DNA of 64,000 bases from an uncultured Spirochaetota bacterium (GTDB lineage Bacteria > Spirochaetota > Brevinematia > Brevinematales > JAOACQ01): the NCBI GenBank assembly GCA_963783575.1, contig CAWAOD010000009.1, positions 128,001 through 192,000 on the forward strand. Reading direction: 5' to 3'. Within the stretch, counting starts at the first letter, position 1. Every line of letters begins with the position of its first letter. The notes under the pieces are model-generated. The model did no database searches, was not told the DNA's origin, and saw only the letters and a program-made list of their open reading frames with translations. The position numbers and the translations under genes are program-made. Shown here in pieces: positions 40,973 to 53,623 of this stretch.

Positions 40973-42058
40973 ATGATGCAAATATTAAAAAATATAATCC
41001 TGATGGGAATTATCTTTGTATTCCCGATTGCCGGTTACAATATAACAAATAATCAAGGAGAGAACAAAATGTACAATTTGAATCCGGAAATGGAGAAAAT
41101 GCTTTTTTACGGCACTCTTGCGCCAAGTTCTCACAATGCTCAAATGTGGAAAGTCCGGATAACAGGGCCTTTGGAAATAGAGGTTTTTCTAGATACAAAC
41201 CGGCTTCTGCCACAGGTTGATCCAGATAATAGAGAAGCATTCATCTCAATCGGCACATTCCTTGAGAATCTCGGCGAAGCCGCATTTTCCCTGGGTTATC
41301 GCGCAAATATCGATATTCAAGAGCATCCGATGGATGAACGTGCTGCTATCATTCAATTCATTAAAGATGATGCGCTTCCTCCTGACAATTCTTATCTTTC
41401 TAATATTTTGTCCCGCCATACAATCCGGACAGCATATTTGACAAATGAATTGACAATTTCCGAAATAAATTATTTTTTGTCTTCAGACCAATATCATGTT
41501 TTTTACTATTCGTTTAGTTCAGATGAGGGAAAGTACCTTTCACAAAACCTGATTAAAGCCAACCGTCAGCAGATGGCCGATGACAATAAAGAGCTTGAAC
41601 TTTCTGAATGGTTCCGTTTTTCACAAAAGGATATTGATCAGAAAAAAGATGGTATGGTACTGGATATTCAGGGTATCGGCGGCTGGATTGCAGGAATATT
41701 CTTCAATAAAGATACCGTTATGTCAAAGATCTTCCGCGAACAGGGTGTTGAAATGGTTAAAAATGCCGTTGGCAATTGCAGCGGGTATTTGGTTGTCACG
41801 GCTGAAGGCACTTCACCGAAAGACTGGATTTCAGCCGGTATGCTTTCCGAAAAGATTTGGCTGATGGCGGCATCGAAAAAGATCGCAATTCAACCCATGA
41901 GCCAATTGCTTGAAGAAATCCCCTGGAAGCTTGAAATTATGCAGAAAATCGGCTTAAATAAACCGATAGCCATGCTCTTCAGGGTTGGTTATATAAAGGT
42001 TTATGGAAAAGGTTTAACCAGACGACGCGATTTGAAGGATTTTATTATTAATCAGTAA
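40973..42058 (+). CDS. Acg-type nitroreductase-family protein
   Basis: LAPSSHNAQMW, DPDNRE..ISIG, RHT.R, QPMSQ. Confidence 0.85.
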   Translation: MMQILKNIILMGIIFVFPIAGYNITNNQGENKMYNLNPEMEKMLFYGTLAPSSHNAQMWKVRITGPLEIEVFLDTNRLLPQVDPDNREAFISIGTFLENLGEAAFSLGYRANIDIQEHPMDERAAIIQFIKDDALPPDNSYLSNILSRHTIRTAYLTNELTISEINYFLSSDQYHVFYYSFSSDEGKYLSQNLIKANRQQMADDNKELELSEWFRFSQKDIDQKKDGMVLDIQGIGGWIAGIFFNKDTVMSKIFREQGVEMVKNAVGNCSGYLVVTAEGTSPKDWISAGMLSEKIWLMAASKKIAIQPMSQLLEEIPWKLEIMQKIGLNKPIAMLFRVGYIKVYGKGLTRRRDLKDFIINQ

Positions 42059-42144
42059 TTCTATCTAAGCCAATTTTTATCTCAAACTAAGTCTTGAACT
42101 CAATACTCAAGGTATAACTCAACCGAAGAAATTTCTAATTATTA

Positions 42145-42202
42145 TTGACAAACTGTCATCTTATATGTTATACTTATTATAGACTGACAGTCGGTCTATA
42201 AT
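42145..42202 (+). promoter_or_regulatory. Promoter plus TetR operator
   Basis: TTGACA 42145, TATACT 42169; palindrome attatagactgacagtcggtctataat. Confidence 0.75.
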
Positions 42203-42219
42203 ATAAGAGGTAAACTGAA

Positions 42220-42885
42220 TTGACAAGAATATTAAAGGAACCGGAAGAAAGACGGACGGAAATCCTTGATTCAGCCGAGGAATTATTCCAGATTAAAGGT
42301 TATGAAGCAGCCACAACGGGCGATATTATAAAAAAAGCCGGAATCGCACGCGGCACTTTATATTATTATTTCAAATCCAAAGACGAGATTATGGATGCGG
42401 TGATTGAAAGAAGAATTGAACGGCAGATTCAGAATTTGAAGACAATTATCAACGGACAAAAAATAAACGCTCTTGAAAAGATCAAAAAAGTCCTTTATCA
42501 AAACAGTATAATAAACAATGAAAACGAGGAAATGCTGGATTATCTCCACCAGCCAGAAAACAGCGCCATGCATCAAAAAACACTTGTTGCAGCTGTCAGA
42601 AATTCCGCGCCGGTTCTTGCGGAGATAATAAACCAGGGGAATTCCGAAAAAATATTTCAAGCCGGGTATCCGCTTGAACTGGCTGAGTTTTTACTGGCGG
42701 GGATGAATTTTCTGTTCGATCCTTCAATTTTTCAATGGAGCCGGGAAGAATACATAAAAAGAATGCACACTCTTGCGGATATTCTGGAAAAGGTTCTGGG
42801 GGCGGAAAAAGGCAGCTTTGATTTTATGAAATCATTTGCTGAAAAAGAAGGCTCACAATACAGGAATAAAAAGGAAAGGGACTAA
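42220..42885 (+). CDS. TetR family regulator
   Basis: GIARGTLYYYFKSKDE; paralog of 33601. Confidence 0.93.
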   Translation: MTRILKEPEERRTEILDSAEELFQIKGYEAATTGDIIKKAGIARGTLYYYFKSKDEIMDAVIERRIERQIQNLKTIINGQKINALEKIKKVLYQNSIINNENEEMLDYLHQPENSAMHQKTLVAAVRNSAPVLAEIINQGNSEKIFQAGYPLELAEFLLAGMNFLFDPSIFQWSREEYIKRMHTLADILEKVLGAEKGSFDFMKSFAEKEGSQYRNKKERD

Positions 42886-42909
42886 TAAAATCGTGTAAGG
42901 AGTTTTGAT

Positions 42910-43680
42910 ATGTTCGAAATTCTTAGACAGTTGTTAATGAATCCGGAAACCAAAGAATCTCCGGACTATCTTGAAAAAGATGGGAAAGAATGGTTTCAGG
43001 ATAAAAACGGAACAGTTTTTCCGGTAGAAGACGGAATCGTTCGCTTTCTGTCCGGAAAAGAATTATCCGGAAATAATAAGAATTTTCAGAAAATGTATGA
43101 TGGATTTTCAGGGCTTTATGATGGATTCACACGGTTTTTTGCCTTAATAAGCGGCGGCGAGAAACAAAGACTTATGGAATATCTTTCGGAACTGGAAATA
43201 AAAGACGGCGATAAAGTAATTGAAATATCCATAGGTACCGGGCGAAATATTAAATATTTGAACCCAAAGGCAGAATATTTTGGCGCTGACATTTCTTTAG
43301 GGATGCTTAAAAAGTGCAGAAAAAATATGTTAAAAATAAACCGCAATATCGGACTTATTCAGGCGGAAGCGGAAAACCTTCATCTCCGGGACAATTCTTT
43401 CAATGTTGTTTTTTCAGCCGGAGGATTCAATTATTTTAACGACAGGGAAAAGGCGGTCCTGGAAATGCTGCGGATTGCAAAACCCGGGACAAAATTGATG
43501 ATTTCCGATGAGCCTGAAAAAATTATGAAATCATTCGAAAAAATCCCTTTTGCCGGGAAAAACTTTAAGCTTGATGATTCAAAAAAACCTGAGGATTTTA
43601 TCCCGGAATATTGCCGGGATGTACAATACAGGGAAATCTGCAAAGGCGCGTTGTATGTTTTAACATTCATCAAGCCATAA
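42910..43680 (+). CDS. Class I SAM-dependent methyltransferase
   Basis: IEISIGTG, DISLGML, EMLRIAKPG. Confidence 0.88.
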   Translation: MFEILRQLLMNPETKESPDYLEKDGKEWFQDKNGTVFPVEDGIVRFLSGKELSGNNKNFQKMYDGFSGLYDGFTRFFALISGGEKQRLMEYLSELEIKDGDKVIEISIGTGRNIKYLNPKAEYFGADISLGMLKKCRKNMLKINRNIGLIQAEAENLHLRDNSFNVVFSAGGFNYFNDREKAVLEMLRIAKPGTKLMISDEPEKIMKSFEKIPFAGKNFKLDDSKKPEDFIPEYCRDVQYREICKGALYVLTFIKP

Positions 43681-43887
43681 TACTGTCAAACTATAATACA
43701 AATTAATAATTGACAAAGATACTATATCAAGAATAGGAAAATTATATGAAAGTACTGGTCGTTGGTGCTGGTGTAATAGGTTCAATCTACGGATGGGCAC
43801 TTTCAGAAGCCGGTCATTCCGTAACACATTTAGTGCGCCCGGGTAGATCTAAGTTATTTACAAATGGTATTTCAATTGATATGATGG

Positions 43888-45903
<2,016 letters not shown>

Positions 45904-46881
45904 ACAGGCGGAAAGGCCATAAAAAATGGTTTACAGGGAATTACAATATCCGGTTAATGGAAAATCTTAATTCAAAAAATGATTATGAATTAGTGATTGT
46001 CCCGGTTAGACATTATTCAATTGAAGATGTTTTGAAACAAATAGTTCCGCTGATTCCAAACACAGGTTATCTATTATTAACTCAAAATTGGAAAGGCAGT
46101 TCCGAAATAGATAAATTTTTACCGGCAGATAAATATATTTTTGGTGATGCTAAAGCCGGTGGCTCTTTCCGGAACAATAAATTAATTGCAACAATTTATG
46201 CGATTGATATTGGCAGTATTGATAACAATGAAAACAATTGTTTAAGAAAAGCATATGATTTGTTTTTATCCGCAGATATAAAGACGACTATACAGGATAA
46301 TATATTACATTATCTTTGGGTTCAATATGCAATTAATGGAGGAGAGTGGCCGGCACTTGTAAAGGAAGGCAGCATAAAAGCGCTATTAAAGAATCCTCAA
46401 CTTGTAAAAGCCTCAATTTTAGCTGTGAGAGAATGTCTTACAGTTGCAAAATCCCGAAAGGTTGATCTAAATAAATATAATGAAACAGATTTTTATTTAA
46501 CTAATTCAATTATTAAACAAGTCATCGTGACAATAGCAATGAAAATCATATTTCGTTACAGCAAATATATTCAAAGAAATTCTGCACATGCTATGGCTGA
46601 TCCCAGGGAAATAAAGACTTTCTATTATGATTTGATTAAGACAGGAGATGATCTTGGAATAAATATGCCGGTTATGAAAAGTTTTAAAGAAGTTATTGAT
46701 AATTTAAAATCAACATAACCTGGTTCTCCCTCATAACAAACTGTCTTCGAATAAAAAATAAAAATTTTATCCGGTAGAAAATGGTATCATCCTTTTTCTG
46801 TCATGAACCAAATTATACCGTCAAAATAATTGTATTGATTTTAGATAATATCAAAAGTTTTATGAACCATAAGGAGATTAT

Positions 46882-47825
46882 ATGAAAGTTCTCATTGTCG
46901 GCAAGGGAATAATAGGAACAATTTACGGCTGGGCACTCCATAAGGCCGGGGTTGATATTACTCATTTTGTCAGAAAAGGCAAAGCTGAGCAATTTAAAGA
47001 AGGTATGAAAATAGACATCCTTGATGAAAGAAAAGGCTATCCGAAATATCAAAAGACAGTTTACCCGGCCCGCTGTATCGAAACTATTGAAATCCCCGGA
47101 CAATATGACCTGGTTTTTGTTCCGGTTAATGCCTATCAGGCCGAAGACGCTCTTAAAGAAACCTCGGAACTATGTCAAGATGCCTTCTTTTTTATTATGA
47201 CTTCCAATTGGACAGGTGCAGAGAAATTCAACAGAATCCCTGGAAATGGCAGGTATATTCTTGGTTACCCCGATGCGGGAGGCGCTATCCGGGACGGAGT
47301 TTATTGGACGAACATCGGCCCGGAAATCCACATCGCAAAACCGGAACCGCAAAACAAAGAGGGCGTAGAACAAATAGCCGCATTATTTCAAAAAGCAAAT
47401 ATAAAACCCGACTGGCAGGACAATATGCTTCACTGGCTCTGGGTTCACAATGCATCGTCTCAAGCGATCTGGGCGGCATTTACAAAATACAAAAACCGTG
47501 ACCGTTTTCTTGAAGACAAAAACTTGCTTAAGAAATCTTTCCTGGCAACACGGGAATTGCTTAAGCTTTGTGAAAAAAGGGGAGTTATTTTGAAAAACTA
47601 TCCGGATGTTTCGATGCTTCTGCATTTACCGCTATGGCTTATCATTTCATTTTTGTAAGAAACTTCCTCACCAATGAAAGCATGCAGAGATACACAAGCC
47701 ATGCCGAGAATGCCCCGGTTGAGGATTTAAATAAATTCTACACGGAGATGATTCAAACCGCTGAAGAACTGCATGTCAATATGCCGGTATTTCTCGAAAT
47801 CGGGAAAAATGGCGGATTTATATGA
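46882..47825 (+). CDS. Second PanE/ApbA-family protein, frameshifted near 47650
   Basis: MKVLIVGKGIIG; colinear with the intron-interrupted paralog; C-terminus in ORF 47634..47825. Confidence 0.82.
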
Positions 47826-48097
47826 AATAGGCTAGTCTTGTAAAATAGTTACAAAAATTAATTACAGAGAGTATATATTTTATTGTTTAAGAATTCTCTA
47901 TTGATTTTTTTCATAGATTGAATTAAAATCTCAGATATTATGTTATATAACATATTAATATGAAATAATTTTAATCTTCGATGAAATACCGAATGAACTT
48001 AAAAGTTCTGGTATTATTGTCTCTCCTTTCCCTTTAATTTTAGATACTTGTTTTGAATATATGAAATTAAATCATACTTTTTCGTAGGAGGTATTAT

Positions 48098-48445
48098 ATG
48101 AGTGATAGAGTAAAATGGGAGGTTTTTAATGGCGTAAAATATTTGTTTACAGATTATTCTGCTTTAGAAAAAGAGGGTATTTCCAAAATAATGGAAGAAG
48201 CTGAATCAGAAATAATAAAACAGCCTATTAACTCCGTTCGGATAATAAGTCTTGTTAATAATTCTTTTTTTAATGATGAAATTAAGAATTTAGCAAGTAA
48301 ATATGCCCAAAAAATAAAACCATATATATTTAAAACAGCAGCAGTAGGTTTTACCGGCTTTAAGACAATAATACTAAAAGTAATAAGTCCAGCGGCAAAA
48401 ACATTTGTGACTCTCGATGATGCAAAAAAATGGATTACAGAATAA
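48098..48445 (+). CDS. STAS/SEC14-like small protein
   Basis: KTAAVGFTG...TFVTLDDAKKWI; AGGAGG RBS. Confidence 0.6.
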   Translation: MSDRVKWEVFNGVKYLFTDYSALEKEGISKIMEEAESEIIKQPINSVRIISLVNNSFFNDEIKNLASKYAQKIKPYIFKTAAVGFTGFKTIILKVISPAAKTFVTLDDAKKWITE

Positions 48446-48460
48446 CAACTATTGAGAATA

Positions 48461-48822
48461 ATGGGGGCTTATGTAGACCTGGTTAAAGCCATTGGTGAAG
48501 TTTATACAGAAGGGAAGAAACAATAGATATATACCTAATTTACTCGATTAATAAATAATGTAATGACCGGAATAGCAGATTTCCATATTCCTATTTCCGA
48601 AGATCCAAGTGTCCCTGTTTAAAATTTAAAACAATTCACAGGTCTTTAATGAAAGAATTTAATGATGCGATTATGATACAGAAGGGATCTAATGGTAATA
48701 AAGTCGATAAAATTCTTTCTGAATCTATAATAAAATTAAAAAAATCAGGAAAACTCCAGGTATTATTTTCAAAAATTCACAAGCCTTATGACAATTGGCA
48801 GCCATCTGAAATGGGTTGGTAA
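48461..48822 (+). pseudogene. Remnant of a periplasmic substrate-binding protein gene
   Basis: Fragments GAYVDLVKAI, GIADFHIP and KLKKSGKLQVLFSKI in broken frames. Confidence 0.5.
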
Positions 48823-49401
48823 TATCTGATATGGGATTTAATATTATCAGTTAGAAACCCCATAGATAATTTTCACCGTCTTGAGTAAGAATAACGCAAT
48901 CGTCAGCCCTCTTTGTAACGAATCCTTTTGATACAAGTGAATCCAGAATATTCTTCAATTCACTGTAATTTCCGGAACTCATAAATTTTTAATATTTGTA
49001 TCAACAAAGACGGACTGAATCATGACACAATCATCGGTAACTACTCTATAATGCCGGAATATTTCCATAAACTCTTTTTCACCGCTGGATAAACTATACG
49101 CCATATTTCCCCCAAAATTTCATTTATTGATAATTGGTTATTAAATCTATATTTATTTTCTGAAATATTTATTTCACTCCAGCCATATGACCAGATGTAA
49201 AATATTAATAAAAACCATGACAATAAAAGACTTTTTTTGAGAAACCATAAATATATCTCCTCAAATTTATATTCAAAAAGGATAGTTTATTTAATTAAAT
49301 TTTATCCGCTGAGCATATTTTTGTCAAAAGCATATTAATTTTTTGACAAATAATTTTTAGTTATATAGAATTTATTAAATCAAATTTTAAGGATTTTATA
49401 T

Positions 49402-49580
49402 ATGTTCATTGCGGATAGACTTGAAACCATAACAGCTACATTGAAGCAGACATTCAAGTGTCAATTTAAATGGTGCAGCCTGTTTGCAGTGCATTATATT
49501 TTATGATAAACATATAAAATATGATAAAAAGCCCGCAGGTTGAGTCTGCATAAAGCAGATGACGCCCGCGGGCTTTTTTT
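49402..49580 (+). promoter_or_regulatory. Candidate leader ORF plus terminator upstream of asd
   Basis: 34-codon ORF 49402-49506, then aaaaagcccgc...gcgggcttttttt (49526-49580). Confidence 0.5.
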
Positions 49581-49607
49581 GTTTTTATTCAAATAAAGGA
49601 GGAATTT

Positions 49608-50681
49608 ATGGGATTAAAAGTTGGCTTAGTCGGTGTCGGCCCTGTCGGCGACATGATTGTACGGGTGCTGAAAGAAAGAAGCTTCCCGGTAGACGGAGAT
49701 CTTGTTGTTATGGCCACAAGTGAAAGGGATGAGATTCTTTCGGGTGAAAATTACCATGTCCTAAAAATCAAAGCGGATTTATTTAAAGGATTGGATCTGG
49801 TATTTTTCGCAGGGAAGGAAGGCGCCAAAGGCGCCAGCGTAGTGTGGAGTAAAACTGCGGTCAATTCCGGATGTACGGTAATCGATAACGGAGGCGATTT
49901 CAGAATGTTTCCGGGTTATCCGCTGGTCATTCCCGAAGTGAATATGGATGCCATAACCGCGGAAACCAGGCACATCTGCAATCCGAACTGCTCAACCATC
50001 CAGCTGGCGGTCGCTTTAGCCCCTCTTCACAGGGCTTCCAGGCTTTTCAGGATTGTTGTTTCAACTTATCAATCGGTCAGCGGCTGGGGCGGAAACGCAA
50101 TGGAAGAGCTGATAAAACAAACCGGGCAGGTTCTGGCGGGGAAAGAACCAAAGTATGACCCTTCCATTTTTAATCATCCTATAGCTTTCGACTGTATCCC
50201 GCAGGTCGATAAGTTTCTGGAAAATGGCTATAATAAAGAAGAAATGAAAATGGTCAATGAAACCAGGAAGATCCTAAATGAACCGAACCTTCTGATCAGT
50301 GCTACTACCGTCAGAGTACCGGTGCTAGTCGGCCATGGAGAATCGGTCAATGCAGAATTCATGGGGGAGATGACCGCGCAGAAGGCAATGTATATTCTTG
50401 CCGATAAAAAACAATCCCCCGGTGTAGTTTTAATCGACGGAATTACCGGAGACCCCGATGCCGTTCAAATCCGCAAAGATCCGCTGGAAAGGAGATATCC
50501 TATAACCAGGGACTTGCTGTCGGATGAATACAAGGACGCCGTTTTAGTGGGCCGCGTCCGGAATGATACGACCAGGGCTAATACCATTAATTTCTGGTGC
50601 GTATCCGACAACCTGAGAAAAGGTGCGGCGACAAACGCAATTCAGATAGCGGAAGGAATGCTGGAAAGAGGGATTTTATAA
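49608..50681 (+). CDS. asd: Aspartate-semialdehyde dehydrogenase
   Basis: PEVN, NPNCSTIQ, STYQSVSG, VRVPV..GH, DNLRKGAATNAIQI. Confidence 0.95.
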   Translation: MGLKVGLVGVGPVGDMIVRVLKERSFPVDGDLVVMATSERDEILSGENYHVLKIKADLFKGLDLVFFAGKEGAKGASVVWSKTAVNSGCTVIDNGGDFRMFPGYPLVIPEVNMDAITAETRHICNPNCSTIQLAVALAPLHRASRLFRIVVSTYQSVSGWGGNAMEELIKQTGQVLAGKEPKYDPSIFNHPIAFDCIPQVDKFLENGYNKEEMKMVNETRKILNEPNLLISATTVRVPVLVGHGESVNAEFMGEMTAQKAMYILADKKQSPGVVLIDGITGDPDAVQIRKDPLERRYPITRDLLSDEYKDAVLVGRVRNDTTRANTINFWCVSDNLRKGAATNAIQIAEGMLERGIL

Positions 50682-50762
50682 TAAATTCTTGGATCAAGAA
50701 GTGTAATAAACAATTCATCAAACAGTTTATGCTGTTGCCGTAAAGCCACTACAATGTGGCTT

Positions 50763-51027
50763 TCGCACCTTCGCATTAACGCCATTTCATGTCAAGCAGT
50801 CTTTAAGTACTGAAGTGTTGTTATTCCAATGTATTTAACGATTAATTTAAAGAAAAGAGCCTCACTTTGCAATCCTGCTGCGTTCGGGTCGCAGCCCTCC
50901 CTGGCTGCGAAATTATAATTGTTCAGATTATTTTCAAAGGGGAATAATAACGATTTTTTAATACCAAGATTCCTTTAAAATCAAATAAAGGCTCAATCAG
51001 AAATGGCGCTAATGCTGCGGGGTGCGA
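50763..51027. repeat. Non-coding element with terminal inverted repeats (MITE-like)
   Basis: tcgcaccttcgcattaacgccatttc versus gaaatggcgctaatgctgcggggtgcga; central hairpin 50889-50910. Confidence 0.6.
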
Positions 51028-51088
51028 TTAAGCAGGCTGGTTACAGATTGGATGGATTGTTTTAAAAACCAAATGTTAAAAAGCCAGA

Positions 51089-51191
51089 TTGACAAGCAAT
51101 ATTTATAAATGTTATAATGGAATTATTTCAGTCCGTTGGTTGGTAAGACTATAAAAGAAATCCTGAAATTCGCTGTATATTTGGGTTATAT
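51089..51191 (+). promoter_or_regulatory. Consensus sigma70 promoter plus attI-like core (platform B)
   Basis: TTGACA(51089)-18 nt-TATAAT(51113) with extended TG; GTTATAT at 51185; homologous to 1767-1895. Confidence 0.6.
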
Positions 51192-51245
51192 GCAAAGTTC
51201 TTTATTTCAAGTTAAAAGCCATTACTTACCGCAAGGAGTTATTGA

Positions 51246-52139
51246 ATGGGGAAAAAATTAACTGTATATTTAATTGATGGGAATGATAATGGTCCGAGAA
51301 CAATTGAAATTGGTAATTGGTCAGGTAAAGCCATTTTTTCACCAAGAGCAAGTTTAATAAATTTGATGAATCGACCAGAATTTGATAAACCTGGTATATA
51401 TGTCCTAAAATCTGATCCAACAGAAGATGCTTATGATGAAAAAATTTATATAGGAGAAGCAGAAAAAGTTGGTCAAAGACTAAAACAACATATCAATAAT
51501 CCAGATAAAGATTTTAAAGAATGTATTTTTTTTACGAGTAAAGATGAACTACTTACTAAGTCACATATAAAATATATCGAATCAAGATTAGTAAATTTGG
51601 CATTTGAGGCTAAAAATTCACAAATAGATAATGGTAATATACCCACAGAATCATCATTATCCGAAGCAGATGTATCAGATATGGAATATTTTATAGACCA
51701 AATAAAATTGATACTTCCAGTTGCAGGTTTTACATTTTTGATATCTAGTACTGTTACAAAAGATAGTAAATATAGGATTGATAAAGACAAGATAACTTCT
51801 GAAATATATTACATTAATAGTAAAGGAATTCAAGCAAAAATGATTGAATCAAGCGAAGGCTTTATTATTTTGCAAGACTCTCAGGCATTTAGAGAAACAT
51901 CAAAATCTATGATGAAATCTTGGGTAAAATTAAGAAAAAAATTTATCGATACAGGAATTTTAATTGAGAATAATGACAATTATATTTTTAAAGAAGATAC
52001 AATATTTTCAAGTTTAAGTGCAGCTGCTTCAATTGTTATGGGAAGACAAGTAGCAGGAACAATTGAATGGAAAGATAAAAGTGGAAAATCTTATAAGGAA
52101 ATAAATGAATCAATTATTTTTGGACAAAATGGCAAGTAA
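51246..52139 (+). CDS. GIY-YIG nuclease family protein with DUF4357-like C-terminus
   Basis: PGIYVL...KIYIGEAE...RLKQH; FSSLSAAASIVMGR..G..EWK. Confidence 0.88.
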   Translation: MGKKLTVYLIDGNDNGPRTIEIGNWSGKAIFSPRASLINLMNRPEFDKPGIYVLKSDPTEDAYDEKIYIGEAEKVGQRLKQHINNPDKDFKECIFFTSKDELLTKSHIKYIESRLVNLAFEAKNSQIDNGNIPTESSLSEADVSDMEYFIDQIKLILPVAGFTFLISSTVTKDSKYRIDKDKITSEIYYINSKGIQAKMIESSEGFIILQDSQAFRETSKSMMKSWVKLRKKFIDTGILIENNDNYIFKEDTIFSSLSAAASIVMGRQVAGTIEWKDKSGKSYKEINESIIFGQNGK

Positions 52140-52143
52140 CGGT

Positions 52144-52367
52144 AATTAACAGCGTCCATAGCATTACAGTACTCACCATCATCTCGATCGCTTAGGTTGT
52201 GTTCCTCAGGTTCGCCCGTTTTTGCTTTTTCTAAAAAAGATAAAGGAGTTCAACTTGACTATGATAATAAAGAAGTCATTGTTAACGGGCTCACCACATC
52301 TGCAAACCTAAGCGCGCGGGGCTGGCGCTAAGGCTTGGAAGCATTGTATAGCCACACAATTGTGCGA
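52144..52367 (+). repeat. Long attC-like element (copy B, degenerate)
   Basis: Begins AATTAAC-AGCG and ends tatagcc...TTGTGCGA; about 150 nt homologous to 281-441 inverted. Confidence 0.6.
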
Positions 52368-52472
52368 TATATTATGGGGATTCAGATTTTTGTTAAAAAA
52401 TATTTAGAGATTTTCCAACCTTTTTAAGAACTTCTCTTACTAAATATATAAACAAAATTTATGGAGGAAGTT

Positions 52473-53120
52473 ATGAACCCGTTATCTGAAGTATTAAATA
52501 GTAAAAGGGCCAATGATAATAGAGGCATTCAAAAAGCTTTGAGACGTCTTGATGTTCATATTCTTGCACTAAGCTTATTGGATATTGATAACAATAAACG
52601 GGAAATACTTTATCGTAATACAACTAAACGAGTTGCTGCAATGATTGAAAAAGAAGTAGAAACACTATCAATTAACTTAAAAAATGATTATATCGGAATT
52701 GAAAAGATAAGCATTTCAGAAGCACAAGAAATGGTAACTGAAATGATTATTAAATGGACACAGGAATTGAATGAACCAATAGTTTATCAAAAAGATTTTC
52801 CTGCTGTTAATTTAAATACATATGATGATTTAATAAAAACATTTGCAAATATTAATGATTATGCAAGCAAATATGGCTTGATGTCTATTGAAGGAATTGA
52901 AAATTCTACAGATAATGAATTGTTTAAAAAAGGCATTGAGTTGATATTAGACGGCTATGATCCTTTACTGCTTGATGAAATATTGGAAAACTATATTAAA
53001 TCTTTAATGAGTAAATATTTAACAGAATTAAATATGATTTCAAGTGCTATAAAAAGTATTCAAATGGCTTTACCAACTGACATTATGATTGAAAAACTCA
53101 ATTCTCTAAAGAATCAATAA
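52473..53120 (+). CDS. FliG C-terminal domain fused to a MotA cytoplasmic-loop-like domain
   Basis: LRRLD...LALSL...ILYRNTTKRVAAMIEKE...EAQ (FliG_C-like), then KYGLMSIE...DNELFKKGIELILDGYD (MotA-like); no TM helices. Confidence 0.7.
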   Translation: MNPLSEVLNSKRANDNRGIQKALRRLDVHILALSLLDIDNNKREILYRNTTKRVAAMIEKEVETLSINLKNDYIGIEKISISEAQEMVTEMIIKWTQELNEPIVYQKDFPAVNLNTYDDLIKTFANINDYASKYGLMSIEGIENSTDNELFKKGIELILDGYDPLLLDEILENYIKSLMSKYLTELNMISSAIKSIQMALPTDIMIEKLNSLKNQ

Positions 53121-53123
53121 CTC

Positions 53124-53618
53124 ATGATAAGTGATAATGAATTTTATAATATTATTAATCAATATGAAGATAAAATTAGATATTTTTATCTGTCAAAAGT
53201 AGATAAACGTGATGATATTGATGATTTGGTCCAGGAGTCACTGTATCAGATAATAAAATCATTACCAAATTTTGGCCACAAATCTAACTTATCTACCTGG
53301 ATTTACAGTATTTGTAGAAATACGTTATACAATTATTATTATCAAAAGAGAAAAATTAATAATATCAAAATTAAACAAAACTATAATTCTTTAAATGAAG
53401 AATTTGAAAAAATAGATTTCAAGATAATTATAGAAAAATTGGAGAAACCATTAAATACAATATATGATTTATATTATAAAAAGAATTATAAAATCAAAGA
53501 AATAGCAGAATTGTTGGACAAACCAGAAGGTACGATTAAATATTTATTGTATAATTTGAAGATAAAAATAAGAGAATACTATTTTGACACTACAGAATCC
53601 GCAAAAAACATCATATAA
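53124..53618 (+). CDS. ECF sigma factor
   Basis: DDLVQE, LSTWIYSICRN, IKEIAELLDKPEGTIK. Confidence 0.88.
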   Translation: MISDNEFYNIINQYEDKIRYFYLSKVDKRDDIDDLVQESLYQIIKSLPNFGHKSNLSTWIYSICRNTLYNYYYQKRKINNIKIKQNYNSLNEEFEKIDFKIIIEKLEKPLNTIYDLYYKKNYKIKEIAELLDKPEGTIKYLLYNLKIKIREYYFDTTESAKNII

Positions 53619-53623
53619 CAGTA

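Noticed and set aside
42080..42125. Repeated actcaa hexamers
   Set aside because: Short, irregular and plausible by chance in AT-rich DNA
46710..46750. ACATAAC inverse-core-like motif at the end of the panE-like gene
   Set aside because: No downstream palindrome or GTT core to complete an attC
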